Assembly: GCA_965649765.1 (NCBI GenBank)
Contig: OZ287761.1
Location: 4,526,001 to 4,590,000, forward strand
Direction: 5' to 3'
DNA: 64,000 bases
Source of the DNA: Bispira polyomma
Lineage: Eukaryota
The notes beneath the pieces are model-generated. The model was not told where the DNA came from, did not search any database, and saw only the letters and a program-made list of their open reading frames with translations. A program made the position numbers and the translations under genes. Positions 1-11,200 of this stretch are shown piece after piece. How positions within the stretch are numbered: position 1 is the stretch's first letter; each line of letters begins with the position of its first letter.

Positions 1-111
1 AAGCAGATACTTATAACAAATAGGCTAGTTGCGACCCCTGCCAAGTGCCATTAAGTCAAGTGTCATTAAATGATCGTAATAGGACTAAAACATTGATCCA
101 GTACGTCGTAT

Positions 112-253
112 AAATGTCACAGCAATCAAACCAGGACATGTGCCACAAATAAGCACACGTCTAACGATGCCACATGCTGTATTTATATGGCACTGTTTTG
201 GACGACCACATTAGTGAATGAATATGGATCACAACATGGAGATACACAGTGCA
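112..253 (-). ncRNA. SNORA8: H/ACA snoRNA, SNORA8/ACA8-like, copy 1
   Basis: Minus strand reads hairpin (TGCACTGT...ACAGTGC), H box ATATAA, hairpin (ACAGCA...TGCTGT), then ACA+3 nt. Pockets GTATCT/TCGTC and GGCATCGTT/TGGT complement 18S GACGA-U-C-AGAUAC and ACCA-U-A-AACGAUGCC. Confidence 0.88.
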
Positions 254-593
254 TGCTTCTGGCGGAATCTTAGGGTTTTTATCGAATTTTCCTTAAACGT
301 TTTAGGAACAAACAAAACAGGAAGCAGATGAGGTTTTTAAACAAACATTCGGAAACTTAATCTCTGTATTGCCCCAATATTATTTAAAGCAAATGCTTAC
401 AAGTTATACCCAACTTTATCTCTGCATTGGTGATTCTAACTACTAGGCCACCGCTGCACCCTGATATTATTTAAAGCAGATGCTTATAAGTTATAGCCAA
501 TAGGCTACTGCAGCCCTTGTCAAAGATATCAAGTGAAGTGTCATTATAATGATCGAAATAGGACAAAACCATTGATCCATTGATATGTAGTAT

Positions 594-734
594 AAATATC
601 ACAGCAATCAAACCAGGACATATGCCACAAAATAGCACACGTCTAACGATGCCACATGCTGTATTTATATGGCACTGTTTTGACGACCACATTAGTGAAT
701 GAATATAGATCACAACATAGAGATACACAGTGCA
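594..734 (-). ncRNA. SNORA8: H/ACA snoRNA SNORA8-like, copy 2 (ACA box changed to AUA)
   Basis: Same structure and guides as copy 1; terminal box reads ATA. Confidence 0.8.
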
Positions 735-1044
735 GGTTGTAGGCAGATGCTTTAATTTGGACTCTATGAACTGGTAAAGTACCATTTAACCGACATTACT
801 TTAGTCCCCTAATAGTACACCACATTATGTATGAGCTAAAAGGCCAAGGCCTCATAGCCCAGGTAAACACAGCAACTAGATACTTACAAGTATTGATTCT
901 TTTCTGACTGATTTTACAATGTACATTAACACAACATACAATATTACGCATTACGAACGTTCATACCATCTATAATTCAACCTGGAGTTTCTGAATAGAA
1001 GTTTATTGTAACTAGTGACAAATACTTAGAATCCTTAAAAATTA

Positions 1045-1270
1045 AATTTAGTTTGGCTTTTACATTGCTTTCAACAGCTTAGGTCATATCACAAGGACCA
1101 GGTTTAATATTAAAAGAAACCACTGCTGAAGCCACTGTAATCCACCAACCTACGGCAATGACTTAACAAACTTTTCCACATGAAAGAACAAATGGGATTC
1201 AAACCCACATTGGTGAGAGGCCAGTAATTATTAAACAGGTGCTTCTAACCACTAGGCCACCGCTCCCCAG
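1045..1270 (-). mobile_element. tRNA-derived SINE family B (Meta-domain-like); other copies ~3090-3288, 6225-6435, 10320-10446, 12255-12450, 13035-13172, 16752-16911, 22265-22477, 39770-39912, 43463-43625, 63215-63290 (-) and 54238-54467, 60723-60921 (+)
   Basis: A/B boxes followed by GTGGGAAAGTTTGTC...GGTTTCTTCCACCATT...GCTGTTGAAAGTG, resembling the MetaSINE central domain as recalled. Confidence 0.8.
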
Positions 1271-1389
1271 ATATTATTTAAAGCAGATGCTTATCACCAA
1301 TAGGCTACTTGCGACCCTTGCCAAGGACATTAGGTCTAACAGTCAAGATGATCGAAATAGGACAAAACCATTGATTCAGTATGCATTAT

Positions 1390-1528
1390 AAATGTCACAG
1401 CAATCAAACCAGGACATATGCCACAAATAAGCACACGTCTAACGATGCCACATGCTGTATTCATATTGCACTGTTTTGACGACCACATTAGTGAATATAT
1501 AGATCACAATGTGGAGATACACAGTGCA
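1390..1528 (-). ncRNA. SNORA8: H/ACA snoRNA SNORA8-like, copy 3
   Basis: H box ATATGA (ANANNA kept), ACA box and both guides intact. Confidence 0.87.
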
Positions 1529-1589
1529 TATTGTTGAATAGGCATAGCTAACCATCTATTTTGTTGTACACACACACACACTGCCGCCC

Positions 1590-2040
1590 ACCCACACTCA
1601 CCTTCCACTAATGTAGACACATCTAACAAGGCATCCCCCTGTAAACCCATACAGTCACATACACACAGACAAACCCTGACTCACCTTCCACTAATGTAGA
1701 CACAGCTAACAAAGTATCCTCCTACACACCCACACACACTCACCTTCCACTAAAGGAGAGACACCTAACAAAGCATCCTCCTGTACACATCCATACACAC
1801 CCAGAGACAGACATACACCTACACACACACACTCACCTTCCACTAACGTAGACACAGCATCCTTCTACACCCACACAGACAGACACCCACCCATACACTC
1901 ACCTTCCACTAACGTAAACACAGCTAACAACAAAGCATCCTGCTGTACACACCGATACAGAGACAGACACACACACACACACCCCCACACACACTCACCT
2001 TCTACTAACGTAGACACAGCTAACAAAGCATCCTCCTGCA
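1590..2040 (-). repeat. Tandem array of KPNB1 exon-15 3' end plus donor site (5 extra copies with CA microsatellite spacers)
   Basis: Repeated cactcaccttccactaa(c/t)gtagacacag... at ~1595, 1680, 1740, 1831 and 1897, plus the real junction at 1994. Confidence 0.9.
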
Positions 2041-2218
2041 CACCCCCACTCTTGCCGTCGGCCGAGGTCATCATCTGTAAGAGGGCGGCCATGATGGGGT
2101 CTGAGATTTGGGGAGCATCCGCCTCACTGACCTTCCTCAGGACAGATTGCAAGGTGGCACAGAGTAAGGACTGCAGGTCATTGTACTGGACACGGTCTGA
2201 TGTACTCTGGATGTTGTT
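1999..2218 (-). CDS. KPNB1: KPNB1 coding exon 15 ([24 protein letters not shown]...STLVE)
   Basis: AG/GT bounded, 220 nt; both junctions are tandemly duplicated into the flanking introns. Confidence 0.93.
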
Positions 2219-5200
2219 CTAAGCCAATCAAAACAAAGATTACATTACCATTAACCAATCAATGGACTCCACACAACTGTTTTAAAATACTACAGGGATG
2301 TTGTTCTAAGCCAATCAAAACAAAAATTGCATTAACATTAACCAATGAATGGGCTACACACAAGTGTTTAAAATACTACAGGGATGTAGGCCTAAACAAA
2401 TCAAAAATAAGATTACATCAACATTTACCAATCAATGGATTCCGCACAAGTGTTTATAATACTACAGGAAGTTGTTCTAAGCCAATCACAACAAGGATGA
2501 CATTAACAGTAACCAATCAATGGACTCAACACGAGTGTTTAAAATACTACATGGATGTAGGTCTAAACAAATCACACAGATTAGACAACAAAAGACACAC
2601 AATTGCTTAGATTTATTTATGGTTTAGTTTCGCTTTTAAAACCTTGATGGATTTATTTATGGTTTAGTTTCGCTTTCAAAACCTTGATGGATGTATTTAT
2701 GGTTTAGTTTCGCTTTCAAAACCTTGGTATTATATCACAACATCGGATTAATTGGCTGAGTAAAGCAGTACAATATTTCTTTACTAATGAATCGGTAGTA
2801 TAAATGTCACAGCAATCAAACCAGGACATGTGCCTCAAAAAAGCACACGTCTAACGATGCCACATGCTGTATTTATATGGCACTGTTTTGACGACCACAT
2901 TAGTGCATAAATATAGATCACAACATGGAGATACACAGTGCGTGTTTCTGGCTGAATCTGTGGGTTTTGCTAAATACAGATATGATGTGAACCCTATGCA
3001 GCTAATCAAACTTTCTACAACTTTATCTCTGTACTAGTGAAGAGTAAGATCCAACAAACCACAGGATATTTCATTAATAGTGTGGCAATTAAACGTTAAA
3101 AGGGTTTTACGTCACTTTCAACAGCTTACGTCAGATTTAATGGTTGAAGAAACCAGTGCTGAAGTTTTGTACATCACTGACCTACAGCAAGTAGCTGACT
3201 AACTTTCCCACATAATACAAACCCACAGTGGTGAGAGGCCAGTGATGATGAAGTTAACGCTTCTGACCATTAGGCCATCGCGGCCCCTACATTTTGGCTG
3301 GAGTGGAGTTAACTATAATCGGACTACATATTTGAAATCAGCACTGGAATGGTCACAAGTTTTAGTTGATTTTTATGTACAAGTTAGGTAGAAGACGTTT
3401 GGTTTGAATACGATCTATCAGAAGTCAAAAGCAAGAACCGGTTCGACTGAAAAATGTATAATTCAGCAGAATTTTTGTACAAAATTGTATGGAAACCTTG
3501 AAATCCTTTTATGAACTAATTTAATATATTTTTGTATTGTATTGTACATTTTTCATGCACCTTATTGATGCTAGGCATCTTCTAAGGTGCAACATCAGAA
3601 TCAATCAGCCAATAGAAAAATCGAAAAACATAGCCAGGTCGTAAGGATGAATGCGTCAGCGCCCAGGGAGAGGACTACGGCGGATAGGCGAGCCTGAAGA
3701 GATAGGTTTTAAGCTTTCCCTAAATCCAGAAAGTGTTTCAAGCAGTCTAAGCTCAACTGGAAGGCTGTTCCATAACATAGGGGTGGAGGCCGAGAAGGCT
3801 CTAGATCCAGCCCTCTTGGTGGTTTTTTTAGAGGAAACAGAGTCTTTTTCCCCCTTTTAAGGCTGCTGAAGGAGAGTTTAGTAGCGAGGTAGTGAGAGAC
3901 AACAGCTTTAAAGGTGGTTATGTGCATTTTAAACAGGATCCAATAATAAATAGGAAGCCAGTGGAGTTTCTTGAGGTATGGAGTGACATCAGTACGGACT
4001 CCCGAACGAAAGATGACTCTACATAGTTTTGAATGGACTGCAACTTGTTTATGTGGGACTTATTAGCTCCATACAGAAGAGAATTACAGTAGTTCAAAGC
4101 GGCTTATGCTTATGATAGCCGTTCTGTCCCTTTTTGTGTATTCCGTCATCAAAATAACAGCAAGGAATATCGCTAAAATGGGACAGATTATTCAGCCTAA
4201 TAGATCTTAAGAGTTTCTTTATAGAGAATGCCCAGACACACCCCTCTTTTACCTCCATCTGTAGGACTCTCTGTAACCTCTCCAAGATCACCAGGGTGGT
4301 CTTCTGCACGGTGACGTAGCAGTCTTTGGGACTGTTTTTGACTAATTCCATCAGCGCTTCATACGCTGCGCTTCTTAGGTTGTGCTGGTTACCGTCGGGT
4401 CTGCAATGGGTAAACAGTAAAGCTACAGTTATATTTACAGGAACTATGTAAAACCAATCTATAACACCAATGGCAATGTCCACAGGACTCGATCATTGCT
4501 GCTAAGTGTATTCTTTTTTAATTTGAATTTAAGTTCAGTTTTATGTTGTTTTCAACAGGTGAGGTCATATACCAAGTTGTACAGAACCCTAGAAACAGAA
4601 TAGAAATGAACATTTTTAAAACAGTAAAACATGCTGTAGGTTAAGTGGTTTATAACGTTCAGATTACCTGTCAGTGGCGTCCAACAGTTTTTGTACAATA
4701 GGTTCAAAGTATGAGGACAGACTATAAGTATCTGGTTCGTCACTTCCGTCCGGAGTTTCAGCCGCTTCAAACGCCGCCTCTGCCAGACTGGAGAATGCCT
4801 TGAATGTAAAAACAGCAAAATATATTAACCATAAGCTTTTACTCAAAATGTAGCAAAAAAAAATTGTTTTTCCTATTGTTTTATACTAAGCTGCCTTTTC
4901 TATTTCATAAAAACTTGTATTATCTGAACAAACTTATCATATGATTAGGGTCCTGGTAAGAGCCAGGACTGAACAATTGGTTGACAAGTGGAAGAACCCA
5001 AGCTGGGTGGTGTAAAATGTAAAGTCGGATGAGACCTCAATAGAGGAGATATCAGACTATATAAACTAAAACACACAAAACTATACACATCTTACTCAGG
5101 GGCATAGACTCATTGGAAACTGAAGGTGGCCAGTAGGGCCAGTAACTTTTACACTTTAGTGGCCCTTATGAAATTTTCTAATTCTGATACACCATTACGG

Positions 5201-8200
5201 TACCCATGATAAAAAAAATCAGGACTATTTAGAGTAAAGAATCTAAAATTGGCCACTGTACCTGAAATTGGCCACCTCTAAAAGTTGAGCCAAATCAATA
5301 AAAACTGGTGAAATATAACTGGAATGTGGTTAAGTAAGACTAAATAGTCACAAAAATCTAGATTTTAGCAAATATTACCCACAATTCTACCAAAAACACA
5401 ACATTTTCTAGGCGGCACTCCCCCACTGTCACTGAAAAAGTGGGGGAATGTAATTTCAAATGGGGGACAAAAGTAAGCAATTTAGCCAATATAAAAATTT
5501 ATCAAATAAAAATGGCTTATATTATTCAAAAAGTATATTGGAAGTAGATCACACCATATATGCTGTCTGATATATACATCTGATGTGCAATACAAAAAAA
5601 CGAAAACTTCCCCTTTATGGTTGCTAGGGTTTGAATAAATTATACACTGTTTTTATGTGGTAACAAATGCACTCGCTAGGTGGCGCTTGGAATTCGCTAG
5701 GTGGCGCTTGGAATTTGCTAGAAGAAAGCTAGTCGTTGATTGGTTGTCACAGGACAACTCCTTGATTTTAAACCAATGAAAATGTAGCAGACAAACAGCC
5801 ACTGTAGTTTAATATTTTAGAAGCTGCGCAGAGTAAGATATTTTGGTTGTTTTGTTTACAAATGGCCGAATCCGCGATTGAAGGAAATGTTATCAAATAA
5901 AGCCGATAAAAGGTATTTTATTGCATTAAAACGTTGCAGGACACGTGGACTTCGAATGCTGTATATCGCTCACGAAATGAAGCAATAAACATGCGTTTTT
6001 TATTTGGGTAGTGGTTTCGTTTAGCGATCGCGAAAACGGGAAGTAAGCAAACTTCTTCGAGAACGGCTTTCGTCTTTTCGATCTAAATCGCCAGCCGGGC
6101 GACCCCGAAATACGTTTTACTCGTCCTTATCAGAATAAAGTCGCCACTGGCGAGTTGGCGACTGCAAATTTTTGCCCCTGTCTTACTCTCCCAATGTTTT
6201 TTGGCCCAATATGTCAATTTAAATTCAGCTTTTAAGTTTAAACAGCTTTGGTCTTTTCATGAGGGCCAGATTAAATGATGGAAGAAACCAGTGCTTAAGC
6301 CACTGTAAACCGACCGACCTACGGCAAGTACCCCGACAAACTTTGCAACATAAAGGAACAAGTAGGATTCGAATCCACATTGTTGTAAGTGGACAGTGAT
6401 TGTAAAACAGGCACTTCTAAGCATAAGGCCACAACAACCTCTTTTACCGTATTTAAGACTTTAATATTTTGACTTTGTGGAAAGGCAGCATTAGGTCATC
6501 TATATATGTTGCATTACGAGTTTAGGCAGGAGTTTCTCACCCAGCAGACTTTTGCGGGCACATTTTTTCATAAGACTTCAAATTTCAGGAAATTTTGAAA
6601 TAAAATCACAAGAATAGTCTTAGACAAGAGGAAAGTGACCTTGCGGTCACAAATCTCGGAGACATGTATCTATTTTACAAGCTGTCTACCAAAAAGTAAA
6701 CCAATATTATCTGTCAATGTATAACTTACAACAAACAAAATATCTGTCTACCTATAACCTAAAATACAATTGTTAATATACAAGTTATAGAAAAGGAAAT
6801 TATTCGACAACCTTTTTAAATATTAAAAAAATATTATCTGTCTACCTTTCAACCTGCCTACCTAAAAGTAAAAAAAAATTAATCAACTGTCTATCTGTCG
6901 ACATGTCACCATGTAACCTAACAGGTCGACAAGTTAAAAAAAATTTTTTTTTAATTTTTTGATTAAAGGTAATTTTTTTATGGTTTAGGGTTGGAGTTTA
7001 GGGGAGTTAGCCATCATTCTTCAGCCTAAATATCTCTTGCACTTAAATTTAGGGTTTAGGTTTAGGGGAGTTAGACATCATTTTTTAGCCTAAATATCTG
7101 TTACACATAAAGTTAGATATAATCCCCTAACCCCTTAAGCCTAAAATAATTTCGACCTGACAGCTTATCTGTCTTAAATAATTAAAAAATTAGTCTACCT
7201 TTCGACCTAACTACTTGTCCAACTGAAAAAAAAATAAAATTTCTACCTGTCTACCTGTCGGCCTGTTTTTTTTTGTTAACCTGTCGACCTGTCTACCTAG
7301 AAAAATATATATATGTTTTTTGTCAACCTGTCAACCGGTCTACCTAGAAAAAAAAAAAAAATTTTTTTTGGTCAACCTGGGGAAAAAAACTTCTGCTTGT
7401 GATTATAATTCGGCCGCCTATTGTAAATCAGCCACCATACAATAAATGTGTCATAACTTTAGTTAAATTAAATGAATTTATCTAACAATACCATGCTTTA
7501 TTAAATATCAGTATTTTAATTGTTTTACTTCAACCCTTCGATCCTGCCCCCCCCCCCCCCCCCAAATTAAATAGTCCTGGGGGGGTGGGGGGGGGGGGGG
7601 GAGGAGAAACCCTATTTCAAATACTATATATAATCCTGTTATACTCCCCGAGAGTTATTACAAACGGCCATCATTTACGAAGAAGCGTGTACGTCAGCAA
7701 TTCAATGAATGAATATAGTTTCTAAAAGCAATATATTGCGATATGAAATTTAAAAGCAAATACGTATCGATACAGTATTTTCACTATAAATCCTTTTATT
7801 GTCGCTCACTTCTGGGTCGCGTTTTAGACGAAACATCGCCTCGTGTGTTAAATATAAGATATTATAGTGAGGGAGGAAGTTCTGAACGCCGAGTACCCCA
7901 TAAAACGCACCAAATATGATGAGAATATAGGCGAAAATAGAAAGAGTTCACAGACTTTGCTTCGACTCGTCTGTTAATAAAATATATTCTAGCGAGATAG
8001 GAAGTTTTGAAAGCCAAGTACCCAACCGAATTTCCCCCAAAGTGATGACGTCAACACAAAAATGGCGAGAAATGCTAGTACCTAGTAACTGAATACTTAA
8101 AAAAAAGAAAAAAGCCTGTAGTGTGGCGCCGTCTGGCGGTCAAAACCAAAGTTAAAAGGGGTGCGTTTTCGCAAATTAGAATCAAAATGAGAAAAAATAA

Positions 8201-11200
8201 ATTTACCCGTCAGTATTGGTGTATATATATCGTATATATATCCCAAACCCAAGTCTTTGTCACATATATATACCTATTGAAACCTACGAATCTGACCCTA
8301 CGAAAAATAGACAATATGCGGTAATTGGGAGGTCAAAGGTTAAATCTTATTTTACAAACAAAATAAAAAAATAAATACATATATTAAGGCTTCTGACTCG
8401 TCCTTAGTACCAACCACATATAACTGCCAAAAACGGACTTAAAATAATGGACGAAACTGGTAGAAAGTGTTGTCTACAGACCAAAAACATCTTCTCAATA
8501 CATGATCTCGGATGGCTCCGCTCTCCGAGATAAAAAAAAAGACTAAGTGATTTTTTGGTCGTCATTGAGGTAAACTAAATGAAATAGCGTTAGTGAGGAT
8601 AAGGTAGAGTATTTATCGCAATAAAATGACATTTTTATACATTACCTGGACATGTTTTTCCCTTCGTTCATATATGTACATTGCCTTAAAATTGGTGGCT
8701 TTGAATTTGAATTTGGATATTTAACGTCCACTCTAGTACCTTTTAGTAGGTTATATTGGGACGGGTAGTTGGAAATGCTGGAGGAAAAACTGCATACAGT
8801 CGGTCAAAGTTCTGCAGAGAAACCAGCGGCCCACAGTAAGGAACTACCACCTTTCCCACATAGGCATCAACGGGATTCGAACTCACACCGCCCAGAGGTG
8901 AGAGACCAGTGATTGTGAAGCGCAATGCTTGCTAACCACTAGGCCACCGTGGCCCCCTTTAAAATTGGTGGCACTTTAGCAGGAAATTTGATGATTTTTA
9001 ATGTAACTACCTAAACGATAAGGTGAATTCTATGTACCCTTTGATATGTCAATTTTAAAACTATAATCAAGATACCTAAACTTGCACTTTTCCTCGATGA
9101 GATCATGATATCGCGATACGCAATGACAACCATACCTTCAATAAATACAGTAGAACCTGTATTTTACGAACATCCTGGGAGAGTGAGAATCTGTTTGATT
9201 AATAGAAGGTCCGTAATAAAATAAAAGTGGCATTTTAGTATAAAACAATAGAAAAAATATGTCTGGAAGAGTGAGTTTGTAAAATCAAATTATTCGGATA
9301 ATAGAAAGGTTGGATAATAGAGGTTCCACTCTACCCATATTCCCAAGCCGTTTCTTACCCAGCAGACGTTTGCCGCTACCCGCGCCTCCGCTTGCAGACC
9401 TTCCACCAGGGCGTGCAGTAGCGTGTTCAAGTTCTCGTTAATGACGGCCTCAGGTAAAATCTCACAGACCCGGCCCACCGTCCAGGCGGCTGTGTCCCTT
9501 ACGATGACTGACGGGTCCTTGAGTAATTCCATCAACATGGGCATGGCCTGGTCTACAATGGGCTTCAGCTTCTCTGTGCTGGGACCTTCCAATATGGAGC
9601 CTGAGGAGTAATTGAAACATTATAACTAAAACATTTAAAGAGCGCAAAATTGATAAGAACATCCTTTAAGGCACTGATATCATAAAAGGAAATCTCCAGG
9701 GGGCCAAGCAAAAGGTCCTGTTACCAAAAACCATCCACCAAGGAAAGGGTGACTAAAGGAGTGGGGGGTGTGCAACTTGCACCTGTACATTCAAGATAAG
9801 TCTTAAATTTAAATTTAGTTGGGATTTTACCTCACTTTCAACAGCTTTAGGTCATAGTAATGACCAGACCGTATTATAATCGGATTACCGGTCTGTAAAA
9901 GTAAAGGTAGCAAATTCCTGCTTGAATTGATGTACAAGACACAGTAGGCACTACAAATTTAAAATATCAACACTACTTACGTTAATTTCATTGTGCATCA
10001 GATCAACTTTCCAAAAGTACAGTATAAAACTTTAAAATCTCACATGACAGGTATTTTGCAGGTAAATATTATTGGCAGCCATATTAGATATCAATTCAGT
10101 ACTAAAAGAGACTTTGTAAAATGTGTACATTTAAATTTCTGTGATTTACTTAATTTTATATTGGCAAGTATAAAATTTTGAATGAATTATGTTTATTAAA
10201 AAACGAAAAGTTACAAAAGTGTGATTTTTGAAATCCAGTTTCGAAAGACATACTCCAAATAGAATGAGGGCATTACGGTCGGTGTTTCGATTACCGGAAT
10301 ACCGTTCACTATACTAGATCATAAATACGATGATCAGATTTAATGGTGAAAGAAACTAGTGCAGACGTCACTGTAAACCTACGATAAGTACCCGACAAAC
10401 TTTTCCACATGAAGGAACCCAAACTAGATTAGAACCCACATTGGTGAATGTCACAGCAATCAAACCAGGACATATGCCACAAAAAAAGCACACGTCTAAC
10501 GATGCCACGTGCTGTATTTATATCGCACTGTTTTGACGACCACATTAGTAAATAAACAGATCACAACATGGAGATACACAGTGCATTTTTTTCCTGAATC
10601 TATTGGTTTTACTAAATACAGCGACGTGAACCCAATGCACCTAATCAGACTTTTCTTTAGCAAGTCTACGGACAACTGCCTTAAGCTCACTGGACGCAAA
10701 CTTTTTCTTTTTAACGATCTCGAGTTATAATATAATATCTGAAATGAGATATCCAACAACTTTGTAGCCATAAATCACTTTATCAAAACATTAATTAAGG
10801 TCTACTAATTTCCAATACTCCCCCACATATTTGCCTTTATTTTTCAATAGATTTTGTTTTCCACAGCCTAGCCTGGTTTCTGAGATTGGTGCATACTAAA
10901 TTTGCAGGTACCTAGATTCTAAATAGTTAGATGCTTGCAGTTACTTGGGCCGTATTTTTTGTGCCCGTCTCAACACTATTATTTTTTTAAATTCCTTTTT
11001 CTGTAACAAATGTATTTACCAAATGCCATCACGGCTGCGTCTCTAAATTTCCAGTCTGTATTTTTGATGTTGACGGTGATGAAGGCCATCACTTGGTCTA
11101 CGATATCGTCTTCGCAACAGGTGGCCATCAACATGAGGCAGACGCCCGCAGCTTTACATGGATTCCATTCGTCATCGTCATCATATTCTTCCTGTGTAGA

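Noticed and set aside
2200-2610. 136-aa plus-strand repeat ORF
   Set aside because: It is an antisense read-through of the acceptor-containing tandem array, with no sign of coding function.
7547-7601. Poly-C/poly-G tracts (also ~24459, 26696, 30470, 40649) as G-quadruplex regulators
   Set aside because: They are simple homopolymers, mostly within or next to repeats, with no supporting evidence of function.
8870-8958. tRNA gene (A and B boxes)
   Set aside because: It is the head of a multi-copy SINE followed by a conserved body; no clean cloverleaf or terminator is visible.
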